Assembly: GCF_006345805.1 (NCBI RefSeq)
Contig: NC_043011.1
Location: 50,108,464-50,172,463, forward strand
DNA from: Octopus sinensis
Taxonomy: Eukaryota
Direction of reading: 5' to 3'
DNA length: 64,000 nt
Positions 62,290 through 64,000 of this stretch are shown piece by piece. Every line of letters starts with the position of its first letter. Within the stretch, counting starts at the first letter, position 1. A program made the translations under genes and the position numbers. The notes under the pieces are model-generated. The model saw only the letters and a program-made list of their open reading frames with translations. It did no database searches and was not told the origin of the DNA.

Positions 62290-62603
62290 AAAATATTCAC
62301 ACGATGAAATGGCCACTTAGCTCCCTCAAAAAATGTGTAAGACATTTCTATTAATACAGCTCTATATTTAAGAGCCATTGGTGTCATTATATTCCAGCCT
62401 GTTCGTATTAGCTTTGAGACTCTACAGCTACACAACAAAGTTAGATGGTTTGAGAGACGAGCTACTTTTTGATGGAGTTTCTCTACATGTCTCCATTGAA
62501 GTCCAATGTCGGCTCCGTACCGATTAGATAATACAGTTCTATATTTTCTGTTTGCTAAAAATTCTGAGATTTTTATACTTATATATCTTAAGTACGATGT
62601 CAT
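62290..62603 (-). pseudogene. Probable Penelope-like element ORF N-terminal relic
   Basis: RYGADIGLQWRHVEKLHQKVARLSNHLTLLCSCRVSKLIRTG resembles the PLE N-terminal motif RYG..EK..K..R..NHL.F..RC....IP.G (from memory; no search run). Confidence 0.5.
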
Positions 62604-62675
62604 TTTCCATAGATAAATTATTGTTATTATCATTGTATGTTTGACTTTTGCTTTGTACTGGCTTTGTACTATTGC

Positions 62676-62677
<2 letters not shown>

Positions 62678-62717
<40 letters not shown>

Positions 62718-62719
62718 CA

Positions 62720-62753
<34 letters not shown>

Positions 62754-62760
62754 ATTATTA

Positions 62761-62803
<43 letters not shown>

Positions 62804-62977
62804 CATTATCATCATCATCATCATCATCATCATTATTATTATTATTATTATCATCATCATCATCATCATCATCATCATAATCATTATCATCATCATCATC
62901 GTCATCATTATCATCATCACTATCATCATCATCATCATCATCATCATCATTATTATTATTATTATTATTATTATTAC
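62678..62977. repeat. (ATT)n/(ATC)n microsatellite
   Basis: Direct reading. Confidence 0.95.
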
Positions 62978-63050
62978 TTTCATATGATTGGATTTTGCTT
63001 CGTGTTTGTACAAGTCGACTCCAAGTCTCACCCAGAGACCTCAAGAGACA
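62978..63050 (-). mobile_element. Possible 3' terminus of a LINE ending in (AAT)n
   Basis: Minus strand GGTCTCTGGGTGAGACTTGG..AAAGTAATAATAAT; no coding sequence is left. Confidence 0.3.
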
Positions 63051-63557
63051 ACAAGCTAGAAGTTCAAGGTGGTGTTATGAATAGGATGCCATATATTTGG
63101 TTTTGCACAGAGTATCGTTCTAGAGAATGTCTGTCAAAACATAGGTAAATTAAGTTTATTTTTAAAGTAAATTGAGTGTAAGATGATAGTCTGATGTTAA
63201 AATGACAGTAAAAGGTGTTTGCTTTTATGTGGATTTAAAAGTATTTTAACACTTTTTACAGATTAAAATATTTTGGAGATTACACAGACAATATTTTATA
63301 TAAGATATGAGCAGTTCCCATGAGCACTACTTTTATAAATTTCTTCCATTTTAGTATTTCCTGATATCTGATACAGGTAGCAATCAACCCCTTTTACTAT
63401 CATTCCTTGGACACCTATGACAATAGGTATTGTTTTAGTCTTGACGTTCCACATTTTGCCAATTTTTATTTCAAGATCATTTTAGCTGCTCGGCTTTTGG
63501 TTGATTTTGATAGGTACATTTATGTCGATTGGGACAGTCATTAACTGAAATTATATG

Positions 63558-63640
<83 letters not shown>

Positions 63641-64000
63641 GCAAGCGTAAACAAACGCACGTATGTATATGTATGTATATATGTTTGTTTTTTTCTTCCT
63701 GTGTTGTGTTTGACCCCCACTTATTGATATCCGTTTCTGTTAATTGATGTCCGTCCGTGCACCTACCCGTCAGCTAATATTTCGGTAAAAGAGATCTACA
63801 GGTTTAAGTACAAGGCTTTGAAAAATTAGTACTGATGTTGATTAGTTCAACTAAAACCCTTTTTGGCAGTGCCCCATCATGGCAGCAGTCGAGTGACTAA
63901 AGGAAGTAAAAGGAAATAGATACATGTACGCAATCTCCGATTATTTTTTTTGAACAGAAGGCCATAATCACGAAATATGGAAAAATAATTTTAGAATACA

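Noticed and set aside
1-64000. CRISPR array, rRNA, telomeric arrays, prokaryotic operons
   Set aside because: No repeat-spacer pattern with unique spacers, no rRNA-like sequence and no (TTAGGG)n. The sequence is eukaryotic repeat-rich DNA.

Overview
Repeat-saturated, AT-rich animal genomic DNA, most likely octopus (inferred from the SINE and microsatellite landscape). I found no supportable host protein-coding exon; almost all ORFs in the track are translations of microsatellites. The window holds: (i) three abundant tRNA-type SINE families, here called A, B and C; (ii) truncated LINEs of several clades: CR1/L2-group RT at 36.1-37.9 kb with one in-frame stop, an L1/Tx1 3' half inside (TATC)n, R4/Dong-like inside (AAT)n, and RTE relics; (iii) Tc1/mariner relics, a Helentron/DINE-like element, fold-back MITEs and a 3.4 kb GGTT-derived satellite. 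The most notable signal is nine well-formed type I hammerhead ribozyme motifs from six unrelated sequence contexts, plus degenerate relics. They sit in mostly (TA)n-flanked tandem, inverted or rod-like repeats typical of Penelope-like pLTRs or retrozymes. They have palindromic helix III (dimer type) and show natural covariation at the 3-8 core pair (C-G, U-A, A-U). One locus has two identical ribozymes 505 nt apart that would release a unit-length, circularisable RNA. Two SINE families also share 3' tails with LINEs present in this window. All structures were derived by eye. Boundaries of degenerate repeats are approximate, and no database search was possible.
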